A stretch of DNA of 52,993 nt from Acidobacteriaceae bacterium (GTDB lineage Bacteria; Acidobacteriota; Terriglobia; Terriglobales; Acidobacteriaceae), in contig DASTXK010000372.1 in NCBI GenBank assembly GCA_035765555.1, positions 1 through 52,993 of the forward strand, in the 5' to 3' direction. Position numbers and translations under genes: made by a program. Shown here one piece after another: positions 18,336 to 28,597 of this stretch (position 1 is the first letter of the stretch; each line of letters opens with the position of its first letter). The notes beneath the pieces are model-generated. The model had not been told where the DNA came from and made no database searches. It saw nothing but the letters and a program-made list of their open reading frames with translations.

Positions 18336-19543
18336 TGCGGCCCGGCAAGTCTGAACACAAGCGGCGGCACAGGCTGCTGCGCGCGCTTGACCTCAACTGG
18401 CAGACCGAGATGAGCGGCTTCTACACCTATCAGGAGCTGGCTCGGCGGGAATCCGACCCTATCCGCGCCGAGGCGCTCCGGCAGATGGCCGAGGCCGAGC
18501 GGCAGCACGCCGAGCAGTGGGCCGAACGCATCCGCGAACTCGGCGCGCAGGTGCCAAAATATCACGGTAAACTCACGGGCGATGCGGACAGCCTCGCCAA
18601 TCGTCTGGGCGGCGAACGCATGGCGCTGCGCCGGCTGGAGATTGACGAGAGCCGCGCCATCGCCCTCTACAGTCGCCAACTTCGCGAGTTGGACGATGAG
18701 CGCAGCCTCGAAATTCTCCGCCAGGTCATTGAGGAGGAGCGTGAGCATTACCACGAGCTCAGCAGCCTCATCCGGCATCGCTACCCGCGCCACGCCGTCG
18801 AGGAGCAGCGCGCGAACCCGCGGGCCATGCTGGAAGACCTGCTGGCCAAGCGTCACGACTCGGGCCGCCAGGCCGCAGGCTGGATCGGCGATGCTATTTA
18901 CGGCGTCAACGACGGGCTGGGCGCGATCTTCGGCATCGTCTCCGGCGTTTCGGGCGCAACGCTGGGCAACAGCCATTACGTGCTGCTGGCCGGAATCGCC
19001 GGCATGATCGCCAGCGCGCTTTCCATGGGCTCCGGCGCGTACCTCGGCGCCAAAAGCGAGCGCGAAATCTATGAGGCTGAAGTGCAGCGCGAGCGCGACG
19101 CCATTGAGATGAACGCTCCCGAAGCCCGCGAAATGCTCTCACTCTACTACCAGGTCAAGGGCCTGCCCGAGGACGACGCCGACCGTTTCGTCGACCACAT
19201 CGCCCGCGACAAAGACCAGTTCCTGCGCGCGCTCGCCGCCGAACGCTTCAGCACCAGCGAGGAAGGGCTGCGCAAGCCACTCATCGCGGCGTCCTCTGCC
19301 GCGCTCTCCACCGCCGTCGGCGCGTTCATTCCCATCATCCCGTTCTTCTTCCTGCGCGGATACGAGGCCATCATCGTCTCCGGCATCGTGTCACTCGCCG
19401 CCCACTTCGCCGTCGGCGCGGCCAAGTCACTCATCACCGTGCGCTCGTGGTGGTCCAGCGGATTCGAGATGACAGCCGTCGGCGCCGTCGAGGGCCTGGT
19501 CACGTACTTTATCGGAGTCGGGCTGGGCCACGTCGGAGCGTGA
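18335..19543 (+). CDS. Rubrerythrin/ferritin-like + VIT1/CCC1 fusion (MbfA-like iron exporter)
   Basis: N-terminal EAERQH and EEEREH di-iron motifs; DAIYGVNDG, ALSMGSGAYL, PIIPF VIT1 motifs. Confidence 0.9.
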   Translation: MRPGKSEHKRRHRLLRALDLNWQTEMSGFYTYQELARRESDPIRAEALRQMAEAERQHAEQWAERIRELGAQVPKYHGKLTGDADSLANRLGGERMALRRLEIDESRAIALYSRQLRELDDERSLEILRQVIEEEREHYHELSSLIRHRYPRHAVEEQRANPRAMLEDLLAKRHDSGRQAAGWIGDAIYGVNDGLGAIFGIVSGVSGATLGNSHYVLLAGIAGMIASALSMGSGAYLGAKSEREIYEAEVQRERDAIEMNAPEAREMLSLYYQVKGLPEDDADRFVDHIARDKDQFLRALAAERFSTSEEGLRKPLIAASSAALSTAVGAFIPIIPFFFLRGYEAIIVSGIVSLAAHFAVGAAKSLITVRSWWSSGFEMTAVGAVEGLVTYFIGVGLGHVGA

Positions 19544-19580
19544 CACCCGCGCAGCTCTGATTCAAGACGGCACCGGAAGC

Positions 19581-19608
19581 AAAAAAAGGGCCCCTCGAGT
19601 GAGGGGCC
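19581..19608 (-). terminator. Rho-independent terminator of the OmpA-family gene
   Basis: GGCCCCTC-N4-GAGGGGCC with T7 on the minus strand. Confidence 0.8.
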
Positions 19609-19660
19609 AATCTGCCTTGGTTCTCTCGTTGTGTGAGAGCTTGTTGCGTGCCTTTTTCTT

Positions 19661-20620
19661 CTAGTTGTTATTGACCGCTGGCTGCGACGCAGCACCCTGA
19701 GGGGAGGGCTGCGCGGAAGACTGCTGCGTCGCACCAATCGGCGAACCGCCATCGGCTGAAGGCGTGTTCAAGGCCGCTAAACTGTTTTGCATAAGCATCA
19801 CGTGCACCACCGTGCCGCGCGTGACGGGTTCGTTGTCGATTTCGGCGTGCCCCATCGCAACCTGATGGATGCGATAGATGGGCACCTGATGTTCGGCCAG
19901 ATAGCGGGCGACCGCATCGGCCATTTGCTGCGAGCTGCGGATCCCGGCCTGCCCACGCAGGTGCGAGTATCCGGTGATTTCAATAATGTAGCCCTTCTGC
20001 CCCTGAACAGATGAAGCGATCTGGGAGAGGGCATCCTGGGCTTGCTGGTTCAGTTTGGTCTGGCCGGGACGGAAACGAATCTCCGTGTCGTTGACCTTGT
20101 GGTACTGATCGAGATTGCTGACCGTTTCGCCCAACTGCTGGGTATGGTTGCTGGCCTGCTGGGCCAACTGGTTCGCCTGGTTGGCGGTATTGTTGGCTGC
20201 GGTCGCGGTTTCGCTCGCTTCTCCGGCCTTGGCTTCGGCGCGGTGGATTCCGGCCTGGGCGCGCGAATCCACATCCTTGATGTCGCGGGCGTTGCGGGCC
20301 TGAAGCTGGTCGAGTTCGTTCAGGCGGTCCTTGACCGGGTCAAGCTGCCTGTGCACCCACTTTTTGCGGGCAAAGGGATTCAGATGCCCCCAGAAGCCCT
20401 CGTTCGATTGCACCTGAAGGGGCTGGCCGGTGGCGGAAGTTTCATTGTCAGTGGTGTTCGCGCCGGTGGTTGCTCCGGTCTGCACCTGCGCCGGAGGGTT
20501 CTGCTGCGGCGGAGCCTGCTGGCCGAACGCCGGTACTCCCAGGGCGGCCGCTACGCACAGGGCCGTCAATGCCGAGGGGATCGAAAGGTACGTCATTTTG
20601 CTCTTGTTTCTCATCGTCAT
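19661..20620 (-). CDS. OmpA-family periplasmic protein with coiled-coil region
   Basis: Signal peptide; Ala/Gln coiled coil; IRFRPGQTKL...IEITGY...ADAVARYL OmpA-like C-domain; AAGGAAGG RBS. Confidence 0.8.
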   Translation of the reverse strand: MTMRNKSKMTYLSIPSALTALCVAAALGVPAFGQQAPPQQNPPAQVQTGATTGANTTDNETSATGQPLQVQSNEGFWGHLNPFARKKWVHRQLDPVKDRLNELDQLQARNARDIKDVDSRAQAGIHRAEAKAGEASETATAANNTANQANQLAQQASNHTQQLGETVSNLDQYHKVNDTEIRFRPGQTKLNQQAQDALSQIASSVQGQKGYIIEITGYSHLRGQAGIRSSQQMADAVARYLAEHQVPIYRIHQVAMGHAEIDNEPVTRGTVVHVMLMQNSLAALNTPSADGGSPIGATQQSSAQPSPQGAASQPAVNNN

Positions 20621-20690
20621 GAACTGCCTTCCTTGTATGTTCTTACCGAGCACACCCGGAAGCTGCGCAGCGTCCTTATGCCCGGAATAC

Positions 20691-20706
20691 AGCAGGTTGC
20701 GTGCCA
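20691..20706 (-). promoter_or_regulatory. Putative sigma54 (-24/-12) promoter
   Basis: Minus strand TGGCACGCAACCTGCT = GG-N10-GC, one mismatch to TGGCACG-N4-TTGC; about 70 bp upstream of the start. Confidence 0.6.
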
Positions 20707-20870
20707 AAAGGATGGAGTCACTCCAGAAATCGTAACTCGTTGATATAGATGGGGGAACTTTATTTTTGGTTGGGTGTAACCATTTGAATACGCAGTGTAA
20801 AAGTTACCGAAGGGTGACTTTTGGGAGGGGTAGAGGGAAAAAACTGCCCTGCGGGGAAAAAATGGGATGC

Positions 20871-23795
20871 CTACCGCGATTTGGATCGGGCCAGGACCTC
20901 GGCCAGGTGCAGCGCCCGGCGGGGCGAGTTCTGCGCGATCTGCTCGCGGCAACTGAAGCCGTCGGTAACGAGGAGGGTTTCCGGCGCGGCGGTACGGACG
21001 GCGGGCAAAAGCACCCGCTCGGCCAGGGTCTGGGAAACCTCGAACTTCTCGCGCTCAAAGCCGAAAGGGCCGGCCATGCCGCAGCACCCGGAGTCGAGCA
21101 GGGTAACGGCGGCCCCGGTGCGGCGGAGCAGTTCCACCTCGGAGTCCATTTTCATCAACGACTTATGGTGGCAGTGGCCGTGCAGAACGACAGTTTGTCC
21201 GGAGAGATCGGGCGGCTGGTAGCTTGGCGCGCGCTGGGCCAGGAAGTCGCTCAATATATAGGTCTGCTTGCGGAGGGCGGCGGCGCGGGCGTCCTTCGGA
21301 AAGAAATTCCTTAGCTCATCGCGGAAAACGCTGGCGCAGGAGGGTTCGAGGAAGACGATAGGAGTCCCGGAGTCGATTTCGGACTCCAGCGCCTGCATGG
21401 CGCGCTGCAGATACTGGCGGGCAGCGGTCAGAAAGCCAAAGTCGTAGAGCGGGCGTCCGCAGCACAAATGCTGCCGGGGCACGGCGACTCCGCATCCGGC
21501 GGACTCCAGCACCTGCTGGGCGGCGGCAAGGGTCTTCGGATGGTAGTAGTTGTTCCAGGTATCCGGCCAGAGAATGACGCGGTTTTTTGACGGCGCGGGA
21601 GTATCGCGATGTCGGCTGGTGAAGCTGTAGGGCGCGAACTGAGGCAGCCTGCGCTGCGGGGCGACTCCGAAGATGGATTTGACCATGCCGCTGACGCCGG
21701 GAACCTGGAGCGGCAGATTGGCCAGCAGCGGCGTGACGCCGGGAATCACAGAAGCCAGCCGCGCCCACTTATCCATGAAGCCGAATGCGTAGTCGCGCAG
21801 CGGATGCCGATGCTGCTCGTAATAATGGGCGAGAAATTCCGCCTTGTAGGTGGCGATGTCCACATTCACCGGGCATTCGGTTTTGCAGGCCTTGCAGGAG
21901 AGGCAGAGGTCGAGCGACTCCTTCACGGCCTCGCTCTGCCAGTCGTGGTTCAGGACGTTGCCTTCGAGCATTTCCCATAACAGGTGCGCGCGTCCGCGCG
22001 TGGAGTGCTTCTCCTCGCGCGTGGCCATGTAGCTGGGGCACATGGAGCCGGAGTCCACCTTGCGGCACGCTCCAACTCCGACGCAGCGCAGCGAGGCTTC
22101 GGAGAGCGACCCTTTATCGTCGGGAAACCGGAAGAAGGTATTTTCGTGATGAGATTTGTAGCCCGCTCCGAGACGGAGATTGTCCGTGGGGCTGTAAATT
22201 TCCGGTCCCGACAGCTTGCCGGGATTCATCCGATTTTCCGGGTCCCACACCGCCTTGAATTCGCGGAAGGCCTGGATCAGCTCCGGGCCGAACATTTTGG
22301 GCAGCAGCGCCGAGCGCGACTGGCCGTCTCCATGCTCGCCGGAAAAGGACCCTCCGTGCGCCACAACAATATCCGCGGCGTGGTCGATAAAGTCGCGGTA
22401 TTTGGCGATGCCTTCTACAGTCTCAAGATCGAAGTTGATGCGCAGATGGACGCAGCCTTGTCCATAGTGGCCGTACATGGGACCGCGATATTCGTACCGC
22501 TCCATGAGCGCATAAAGCTGGCGCAGGTACGATCCAAGCTTGTCCGGAGGCACGGCGGAGTCTTCCCAGCCCTCCCATCCATGCGGCTCGCCGGGAACAA
22601 AGACCGTTGCTCCCAGCGCCATTTCGCGCACGAACCAGACGCGCTTCGCATCGTCGGGCGAATACTGCCGGATTGACGGCTTCGGCGAGAAGGACTGCGC
22701 AGCCTGCGCGAATTCGCTGGCCTGGCGGTCGGCGTCCTCGGGCGACCAGCCGCCGAATTCAATCAGCAGAAAACCTTTGCCTTCGGGCAGCAGCGGAATG
22801 TCGTCTTCGGCGAGGTTTTTGCGGCGCATGAAGTCGATGAGCATGCCGTCGAAACCTTCAAGACCGATGGGCTTGTGTTCCAGAACAGCGGGCACGCTGT
22901 CGGCGGCGGTGAAAGCATCAGGAAAGGTCGCAACGACGAGGCGGCGATGCGGCGGGCTGGGCTTCAGGTCGAGCTCGGCGGATAAGACCGTAACGCAGGT
23001 GCCTTCGCTGCCCACGAGAGCGCGTGCAACGTGGAAGCCGTTTTCCGGAAGCAGAAAATCGAGATTGTAGCCCGAGACGCGGCGGGGAATTTTGGGAAAA
23101 CGCTCGCGAATGAGTGGAGCGTAGCGGTCGCGAATGCCGGCAAGCGCGCGATAAATCTCAGCGCGGCGGCCTCCGCCAGCGAGGATCGAGGCAAACTCGT
23201 CATCACTGGTGGCGCCGACGGTCAGGCGGGTTCCGTCGTAAAGCAGCACGTCGAGCGAGCGGATGTTGTCGTCCGTCTTGCCGCCCATGAGCGCGTGGAC
23301 CCCGCACGAATTGTTGCCGATCATGCCGCCGATAGTGCAGCGGGAGTGCGTTGCCGGGTCGGGCGCAAAGGTAAGGTGGTGCTTCTCGGCGGCCTCGCGC
23401 ACGCGGTCGAGCACGATCCCCGGCTCCACGCGGGCCAGCTTGCGCTCAGCGTCGAGCGAGTGAATCGACCTCATGTATTTGGAGAAATCGAAGACCACCG
23501 CGACATTGCAGCACTGCCCGGCGAGACTGGTGCCGCCGCCCCGCGAGAGAATCGGCGCGCCAAATTCGCGGCACGCGCCGACCGCGGCTTCCGCGTCCGC
23601 CGCATCGCGAGGCAGGACCACGCCGATGGGCGCCTGCCGGTAATTGGACGAGTCAGTCGCGTAGAGCGCGCGGGAGCCTGCGTCGAAGCGGACCTCTCCG
23701 CGAACCACCGATGAGAGGCGCGCCTCAAGCTCGCGCGCGGCATGGAAGTCCGGAGTGGCAGATGCGTTACCGCGAATTGGAAATGGAGAATCCAA
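20871..23795 (-). CDS. FAD-binding and Fe-S-binding oxidoreductase (GlcD/GlcF fusion, YdiJ-like)
   Basis: RGGGTSLAGQ, SGEHGDG, CVGVGAC, CLSCKACKTECP, CCG domains. Confidence 0.93.
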   Translation of the reverse strand: MDSPFPIRGNASATPDFHAARELEARLSSVVRGEVRFDAGSRALYATDSSNYRQAPIGVVLPRDAADAEAAVGACREFGAPILSRGGGTSLAGQCCNVAVVFDFSKYMRSIHSLDAERKLARVEPGIVLDRVREAAEKHHLTFAPDPATHSRCTIGGMIGNNSCGVHALMGGKTDDNIRSLDVLLYDGTRLTVGATSDDEFASILAGGGRRAEIYRALAGIRDRYAPLIRERFPKIPRRVSGYNLDFLLPENGFHVARALVGSEGTCVTVLSAELDLKPSPPHRRLVVATFPDAFTAADSVPAVLEHKPIGLEGFDGMLIDFMRRKNLAEDDIPLLPEGKGFLLIEFGGWSPEDADRQASEFAQAAQSFSPKPSIRQYSPDDAKRVWFVREMALGATVFVPGEPHGWEGWEDSAVPPDKLGSYLRQLYALMERYEYRGPMYGHYGQGCVHLRINFDLETVEGIAKYRDFIDHAADIVVAHGGSFSGEHGDGQSRSALLPKMFGPELIQAFREFKAVWDPENRMNPGKLSGPEIYSPTDNLRLGAGYKSHHENTFFRFPDDKGSLSEASLRCVGVGACRKVDSGSMCPSYMATREEKHSTRGRAHLLWEMLEGNVLNHDWQSEAVKESLDLCLSCKACKTECPVNVDIATYKAEFLAHYYEQHRHPLRDYAFGFMDKWARLASVIPGVTPLLANLPLQVPGVSGMVKSIFGVAPQRRLPQFAPYSFTSRHRDTPAPSKNRVILWPDTWNNYYHPKTLAAAQQVLESAGCGVAVPRQHLCCGRPLYDFGFLTAARQYLQRAMQALESEIDSGTPIVFLEPSCASVFRDELRNFFPKDARAAALRKQTYILSDFLAQRAPSYQPPDLSGQTVVLHGHCHHKSLMKMDSEVELLRRTGAAVTLLDSGCCGMAGPFGFEREKFEVSQTLAERVLLPAVRTAAPETLLVTDGFSCREQIAQNSPRRALHLAEVLARSKSR

Positions 23796-24474
23796 GGGTC
23801 TGCATCCAGTTTGATGAAAAGTTTGCGGAATTACCAGCGCTGCGGCGGGGGCGCTGCGAAAGAGGTGTTCAGAATCGTGAACCGGCCCCAGAGGATCGGG
23901 CAGGTGATTGTCGGCCCGTTGCGGTTATCAAGTTTAAGTTACGAGACCAGTTTCATGAATGATTGAATGAGTTAGGGGTTATCAAGTTAATCATATTACT
24001 TTTGGCATTTATGTTTTCCCGAATTAGGGGTTAAGATAGTGCCAGCTTCAAACATAAGTTATAAATATCGGCGATTCATGGCGAGCAGGACCCCTGTTCG
24101 TGCGTCGATGTGCTGTACTTTTCCCAATCTGCATCTTTAGTAATCCGAAGAACGGCGATTTACGCAAGCCTCTGCGCAACTTATAAATATGCGCCGGGTT
24201 CATTTTGGGATGCCGGGCCCGATCTGGAATTACTCTTATCCATTGCTGTTTCTAATGGATAAGCATGATTGTGCCGACTGATATAAATCATAGGGCAGGA
24301 ATGGATAAGCTATGCGGATCGGCGAGCTTTCGCCTTTGCCGGGGTGGCGTTCCAATAACTTGACCAGGTCTCGATCATTGCGCCGGGGCATGGCCGACAG
24401 AACATCCGGAAGTTCCCGGGAAAATCCCGGCCCGGATTGATTGCCAAATTTATAGCAGAGGACGTTTTTGGGGG

Positions 24475-25206
24475 ATGGCCACACCTGAGATAGTTACAGC
24501 AGATCTGTCTTACAAAGAAGAGAATTTTCAAGCAGCAGGCTTTGCCGATCCGGCCTTTGAGGCGGCGCTCCGCGGCCTGCCGGTCGCTTCCTTCCAATAC
24601 AACATGCTGAAGCCGGTGCTGGATCTCGTGCTGGTCCTTCTGGCGCTGCCCATCGCGCTTCCGCTGGGGCTGCTTGTGGCGTGCGCCGTCCGGCTCACGT
24701 CCGACGGCTCGGTACTTTATCGCCATCGCCGCATCGGGCAGTATCAGAAGCCTCTTAATGTCTGGAAGTTCCGGACAATGTATGAGGACAGCGACACGCT
24801 GCTGGACGAGTACCTGAGCGCAAACGGCGAGGCGCGCGAAGAATGGGTCCGCACGCAAAAACTGCGCGACGACCCGCGCGTCACTCCGATCGGCAAACTG
24901 CTGCGGAAGACGAGCCTCGATGAAATTCCGCAACTGCTGAACGTGCTGGCTGGGGACATGAGCCTCGTGGGCCCGCGTCCAATTGTCGATGAAGAGCGCG
25001 CGAAGTATGGCCAGTACTTCCGCACCTACACCTACGCATTGCCGGGCATCACGGGCTTGTGGCAGGTCTCCGGCCGCTGCGATGTGGACTACGCCGAGCG
25101 GGTCCAGATGGATGTCCAGTATGTGGAGCAGTGGAGCCTGTGGATGGAATTGAAGATTCTGCTCAAGACCTTCAAGGTGATCCTTCACAGCAAGGGCGCT
25201 TACTAA
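24475..25206 (+). CDS. Priming sugar (phosphoglycosyl) transferase, Bac_transf family
   Basis: KFRTM, DDPRVT, LRKTSLDEIPQ, GDMSLVGPRP, PGITGLWQV. Confidence 0.93.
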   Translation: MATPEIVTADLSYKEENFQAAGFADPAFEAALRGLPVASFQYNMLKPVLDLVLVLLALPIALPLGLLVACAVRLTSDGSVLYRHRRIGQYQKPLNVWKFRTMYEDSDTLLDEYLSANGEAREEWVRTQKLRDDPRVTPIGKLLRKTSLDEIPQLLNVLAGDMSLVGPRPIVDEERAKYGQYFRTYTYALPGITGLWQVSGRCDVDYAERVQMDVQYVEQWSLWMELKILLKTFKVILHSKGAY

Positions 25207-26081
25207 CGGCCTTCAGATCCGGGCCCTCCGATAGCTCGCAGCGCAACTTCCAAAGCAGATTCCCAGTTGGGAAGCTCGACTCCAAATGTCGATTTCAATT
25301 TCGCATTTGACAATACAGAGTTGCCCGGGCGCCTGGCTGGAGTTGGATATTCCGATGCCAAAATGCCGATGACCGCGGCCCAGCGCTTTTCCGCGCGCGC
25401 TCGGGCGAAGATGGCCCGCGCGAAGCCGCACCAGGTCGTTTCTCCCGCACACGTCATGTGATACAGGCCGGTATTGCCTCGCCCAGCATCTATGATCCGC
25501 CGCGTGGCCGAAGCCAGTGCGATCGCGGAAGTAGGCGCGCCCCGCTGGTCGTCCACAATACGCAATTCCGTGCGCTCGCGGCCCAGCCGCAGCATGGTAA
25601 GCAGGAAGTTCTTGCCGCGCGGGCTGAAGACCCAGCTTGTCCGGAATACAAGATAGTCGCCGCCTGCCTGCTGGATATTCCGCTCTCCGGCGAGCTTGGT
25701 TTCGCCGTAGACGTTCAGCGGATTCGTAGGATCCTCTTCGACCCATGGCGCGGATTTCGCGCCGTCAAAAACATAATCTGTGGAGTAATGGACGAGCAGC
25801 GCGCCGCATCTTTTCGCTTCCTCCGCAAGAATCCCCGGCGCCTCGCCGTTGATGCGCATGGCCAGTTCAGGCTCGGATTCGGCGCGGTCCACAGCGGTAT
25901 AGGCGGCGGCATTCAGAATCACGTCCGGATGCGCTTGCTGAACCGCGGCGCGGATGCTCGAACCACTACTGAGATCACAGCCTTCGCGCCCAAGGGCGAT
26001 GACTTCGCCCGCATCCTGAAATGCATTCTGCAACTCGACGCCAAGCTGACCCTGCGCGCCAAGAATGAGGAACCGACTCAC
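25203..26081 (-). CDS. rfbD: dTDP-4-dehydrorhamnose reductase
   Basis: GAQGQLG, NAAAYTAVDRAE, STDYVFDG, YGETK. Confidence 0.95.
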   Translation of the reverse strand: MSRFLILGAQGQLGVELQNAFQDAGEVIALGREGCDLSSGSSIRAAVQQAHPDVILNAAAYTAVDRAESEPELAMRINGEAPGILAEEAKRCGALLVHYSTDYVFDGAKSAPWVEEDPTNPLNVYGETKLAGERNIQQAGGDYLVFRTSWVFSPRGKNFLLTMLRLGRERTELRIVDDQRGAPTSAIALASATRRIIDAGRGNTGLYHMTCAGETTWCGFARAIFARARAEKRWAAVIGILASEYPTPARRPGNSVLSNAKLKSTFGVELPNWESALEVALRAIGGPGSEGR

Positions 26082-26623
26082 GGGAAGACCTCTGCCTCGT
26101 CAAAGCTGCTTCCCTGGCGGTCTTTGTCCGAGACAATGGCTTCGCGTTCGTCGACGGGCCATGGAATGGCCAGCCTCGGATCGTTCCACAGGATCGTCCG
26201 CTCGCCCGACGGGGAATAGAAATCCGTGACCTTGTAGGCCATGCCTGCCCTGTCGCTCAGCGCGGCGAAGCCGTGTCCAAAGCCGGCGGGTATCCAGAGC
26301 ATGGCCGCATTTTCTTCTGATAGTTCCACGCCGATGTGCTTGCCAAAAGTTGAGGAGCCGCGTCGGAGATCTACGGCCACGTCAAAAACTGCACCATAGG
26401 TCACGCGAATGAGTTTCCCCTGCGGCTGTGTGATCTGGTAGTGAATGCCCCGAATGACGTTCCCGACGGATGTGGAGGTGTTGTCCTGCTTCCATTCGGT
26501 TGGCAGGCCGGCCTGCTGCATAAGCCGCTCGTTATAGGTTTCCCAGAAGGCCCCGCGAGAGTCGGCAAATTTTTTTGGCGTAAAGAGGAGCACGCCCGGA
26601 AGCGCCGTCTGTTCAATGTTCAT
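26078..26623 (-). CDS. rfbC: dTDP-4-dehydrorhamnose 3,5-epimerase
   Basis: DSRGAF, IRGIHYQ, QGKL, DVAVDLR, GFGHGF. Confidence 0.95.
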   Translation of the reverse strand: MNIEQTALPGVLLFTPKKFADSRGAFWETYNERLMQQAGLPTEWKQDNTSTSVGNVIRGIHYQITQPQGKLIRVTYGAVFDVAVDLRRGSSTFGKHIGVELSEENAAMLWIPAGFGHGFAALSDRAGMAYKVTDFYSPSGERTILWNDPRLAIPWPVDEREAIVSDKDRQGSSFDEAEVFP

Positions 26624-27513
26624 TGGGCCAGCCCCTGCGCACCGCTGGGGTCGCCGAGAAGAGAGAGCAGATATTGGCCGTAGCCGCTTTTGCGCACCGG
26701 GTGCGCGAGCGCTTCAAGATCAGTGCGGCTGATGTAGCCATAGCGGAAGGCGATTTCTTCCGGGCAGGCGATTTTCACTCCCTGGCGGCGCTCGATGGTC
26801 TGGATGAACATCGAGGCCTCGAAGAGCGAGTCGTGGGTGCCGGTATCGAGCCAGGCCATGCCGCGGCCCAGTTGTTCCACATCGAGCAGGCCCTGTTCAA
26901 GATAGCGGCGGTTGAGGTCGGTAATTTCAAGCTCGCCGCGCGAGGAGGGCTTGAGGGTGGCGGCGATCTCCGCGACGTTGCTGTCATAAAAATAGAGCCC
27001 CGTTACGGCGCAGCGCGACTTGGGCTTCGCGGGCTTTTCTTCAATGCTGATCGCGCGGCCCTGCGCATCAAATTCGACAACGCCGTAGCGCTCCGGGTCC
27101 TGCACATGGTAGGCGAAGATGGTCGCGCCTTTGTCTTTGGCGGCGGCGCGCCTGAGCTGCTGGCTGAGGGTTTGTCCGTAGAAAATGTTGTCGCCGAGAA
27201 CAAGCGCGCTGGGGCTGCCGCCGATAAAGTCCCTGCCGATAAGGAAAGCCTGCGCAAGGCCTTCGGGATTGGGCTGCACGGCATAACTCAGGTTCAGGCC
27301 CCAGCGGTGGCCATCGCCGAGCAACTCGGCAAAGCGAGGCGTGTCCTGCGGAGTGGAGATGATGAGGATGTCGCGAATGCCCGCCAGCATCAGCGTGCTG
27401 AGCGGGTAATAAATCATGGGCTTGTCGTAGACGGGCAGCAACTGCTTGGAGATGACGTGCGTGACCGGATAGAGCCGCGTGCCCGAGCCTCCGGCGAGAA
27501 TGATTCCCTTCAT
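26620..27513 (-). CDS. rfbA: Glucose-1-phosphate thymidylyltransferase
   Basis: [42 protein letters not shown]. Confidence 0.97.
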   Translation of the reverse strand: MKGIILAGGSGTRLYPVTHVISKQLLPVYDKPMIYYPLSTLMLAGIRDILIISTPQDTPRFAELLGDGHRWGLNLSYAVQPNPEGLAQAFLIGRDFIGGSPSALVLGDNIFYGQTLSQQLRRAAAKDKGATIFAYHVQDPERYGVVEFDAQGRAISIEEKPAKPKSRCAVTGLYFYDSNVAEIAATLKPSSRGELEITDLNRRYLEQGLLDVEQLGRGMAWLDTGTHDSLFEASMFIQTIERRQGVKIACPEEIAFRYGYISRTDLEALAHPVRKSGYGQYLLSLLGDPSGAQGLAQ

Positions 27514-28589
27514 TGCGCGAGCCTTTCGGCGTAGTTGTGCTCGATCCATTCATGGTATGCGCCGGAGCGGACTTGATCGACCCATTCGCGGTGCGCGAGA
27601 AACCATTCAATGGTGCGGCGAATGCCAGATTCAAATTGCTGCGCCGGACGCCAGCCAAGTTCCTTCTTAATTTTTTCCGCATCGATGGCGTAGCGGCGGT
27701 CATGACCAGGACGGTCTTTAACGTAAGTAATGAGCTTGCGGCGGCCGCCAATCGCTTGGTCGGGCTGAAGCTCGTCGAGAATGTCGCAGATGGTCGTAAC
27801 CACGTCGATGTTCCGGCGCTCGCTGTTGCCGCCGATGTTGTAGGTTTCGCCGGGCCGGCCTTCTTCCAGAACCCGGCGAATCCCGGTGCAGTGGTCTTCG
27901 ACAAAAAGCCAGTCGCGAACGTTCAGGCCGTCTCCATAAACCGGCAGAGGCTTGCCTTCGAGCGCGTTGAGAATCGTCAGCGGAATAAGCTTTTCCGGGA
28001 ACTGCCAGGGGCCATAATTGTTGGAGCAGTTGGTGGTGAGCACCGGAAGCCCGTAGGTGTGATGCCAGGCGCGCACCAGCATGTCCGACGACGCCTTGGA
28101 GGCGGCATAGGGGCTGTTGGGCGCGTAAGGGGTGGTCTCCTGAAAGGCCGGGTCTTCCGGCTGGAGTGTCCCGTAGACCTCATCAGTTGAGACGTGGAGA
28201 AAACGAAATGCGGCCTTCGCGTCCGCATCGAGCAAATCCCAGTAGGCCCTGGCCTGCTCCAGCAGCGTGAAGGTGCCGAAGATATTGGTCTGAATGAAGG
28301 CCGCCGGGCCGCTGATGGAGCGATCCACATGGCTTTCGGCGGCGAAGTTGACGATAGCGCGGGGCTGGTGCTGCTTCAACAGCGAAGCAACAAGCGCGTG
28401 GTCGCAGATATCTCCGTGTACGAAGATATGGCGCGGGTTGTTCTCAACCGATTGCAGGTTGCGGCGGTTTCCGGCGTAGGTGAGCAGATCAAGGTTCACA
28501 ACGCGCGCATCGGTATTGGCAATCCATTGAAGGACGAAGTTCGTGCCAATGAATCCCGCGCCGCCCGTAACCAGAATCGTGTTGTCCAT
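27510..28589 (-). CDS. rfbB: dTDP-glucose 4,6-dehydratase
   Basis: [41 protein letters not shown]. Confidence 0.97.
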   Translation of the reverse strand: MDNTILVTGGAGFIGTNFVLQWIANTDARVVNLDLLTYAGNRRNLQSVENNPRHIFVHGDICDHALVASLLKQHQPRAIVNFAAESHVDRSISGPAAFIQTNIFGTFTLLEQARAYWDLLDADAKAAFRFLHVSTDEVYGTLQPEDPAFQETTPYAPNSPYAASKASSDMLVRAWHHTYGLPVLTTNCSNNYGPWQFPEKLIPLTILNALEGKPLPVYGDGLNVRDWLFVEDHCTGIRRVLEEGRPGETYNIGGNSERRNIDVVTTICDILDELQPDQAIGGRRKLITYVKDRPGHDRRYAIDAEKIKKELGWRPAQQFESGIRRTIEWFLAHREWVDQVRSGAYHEWIEHNYAERLAQ

Positions 28590-28597
28590 ACCGTTTC

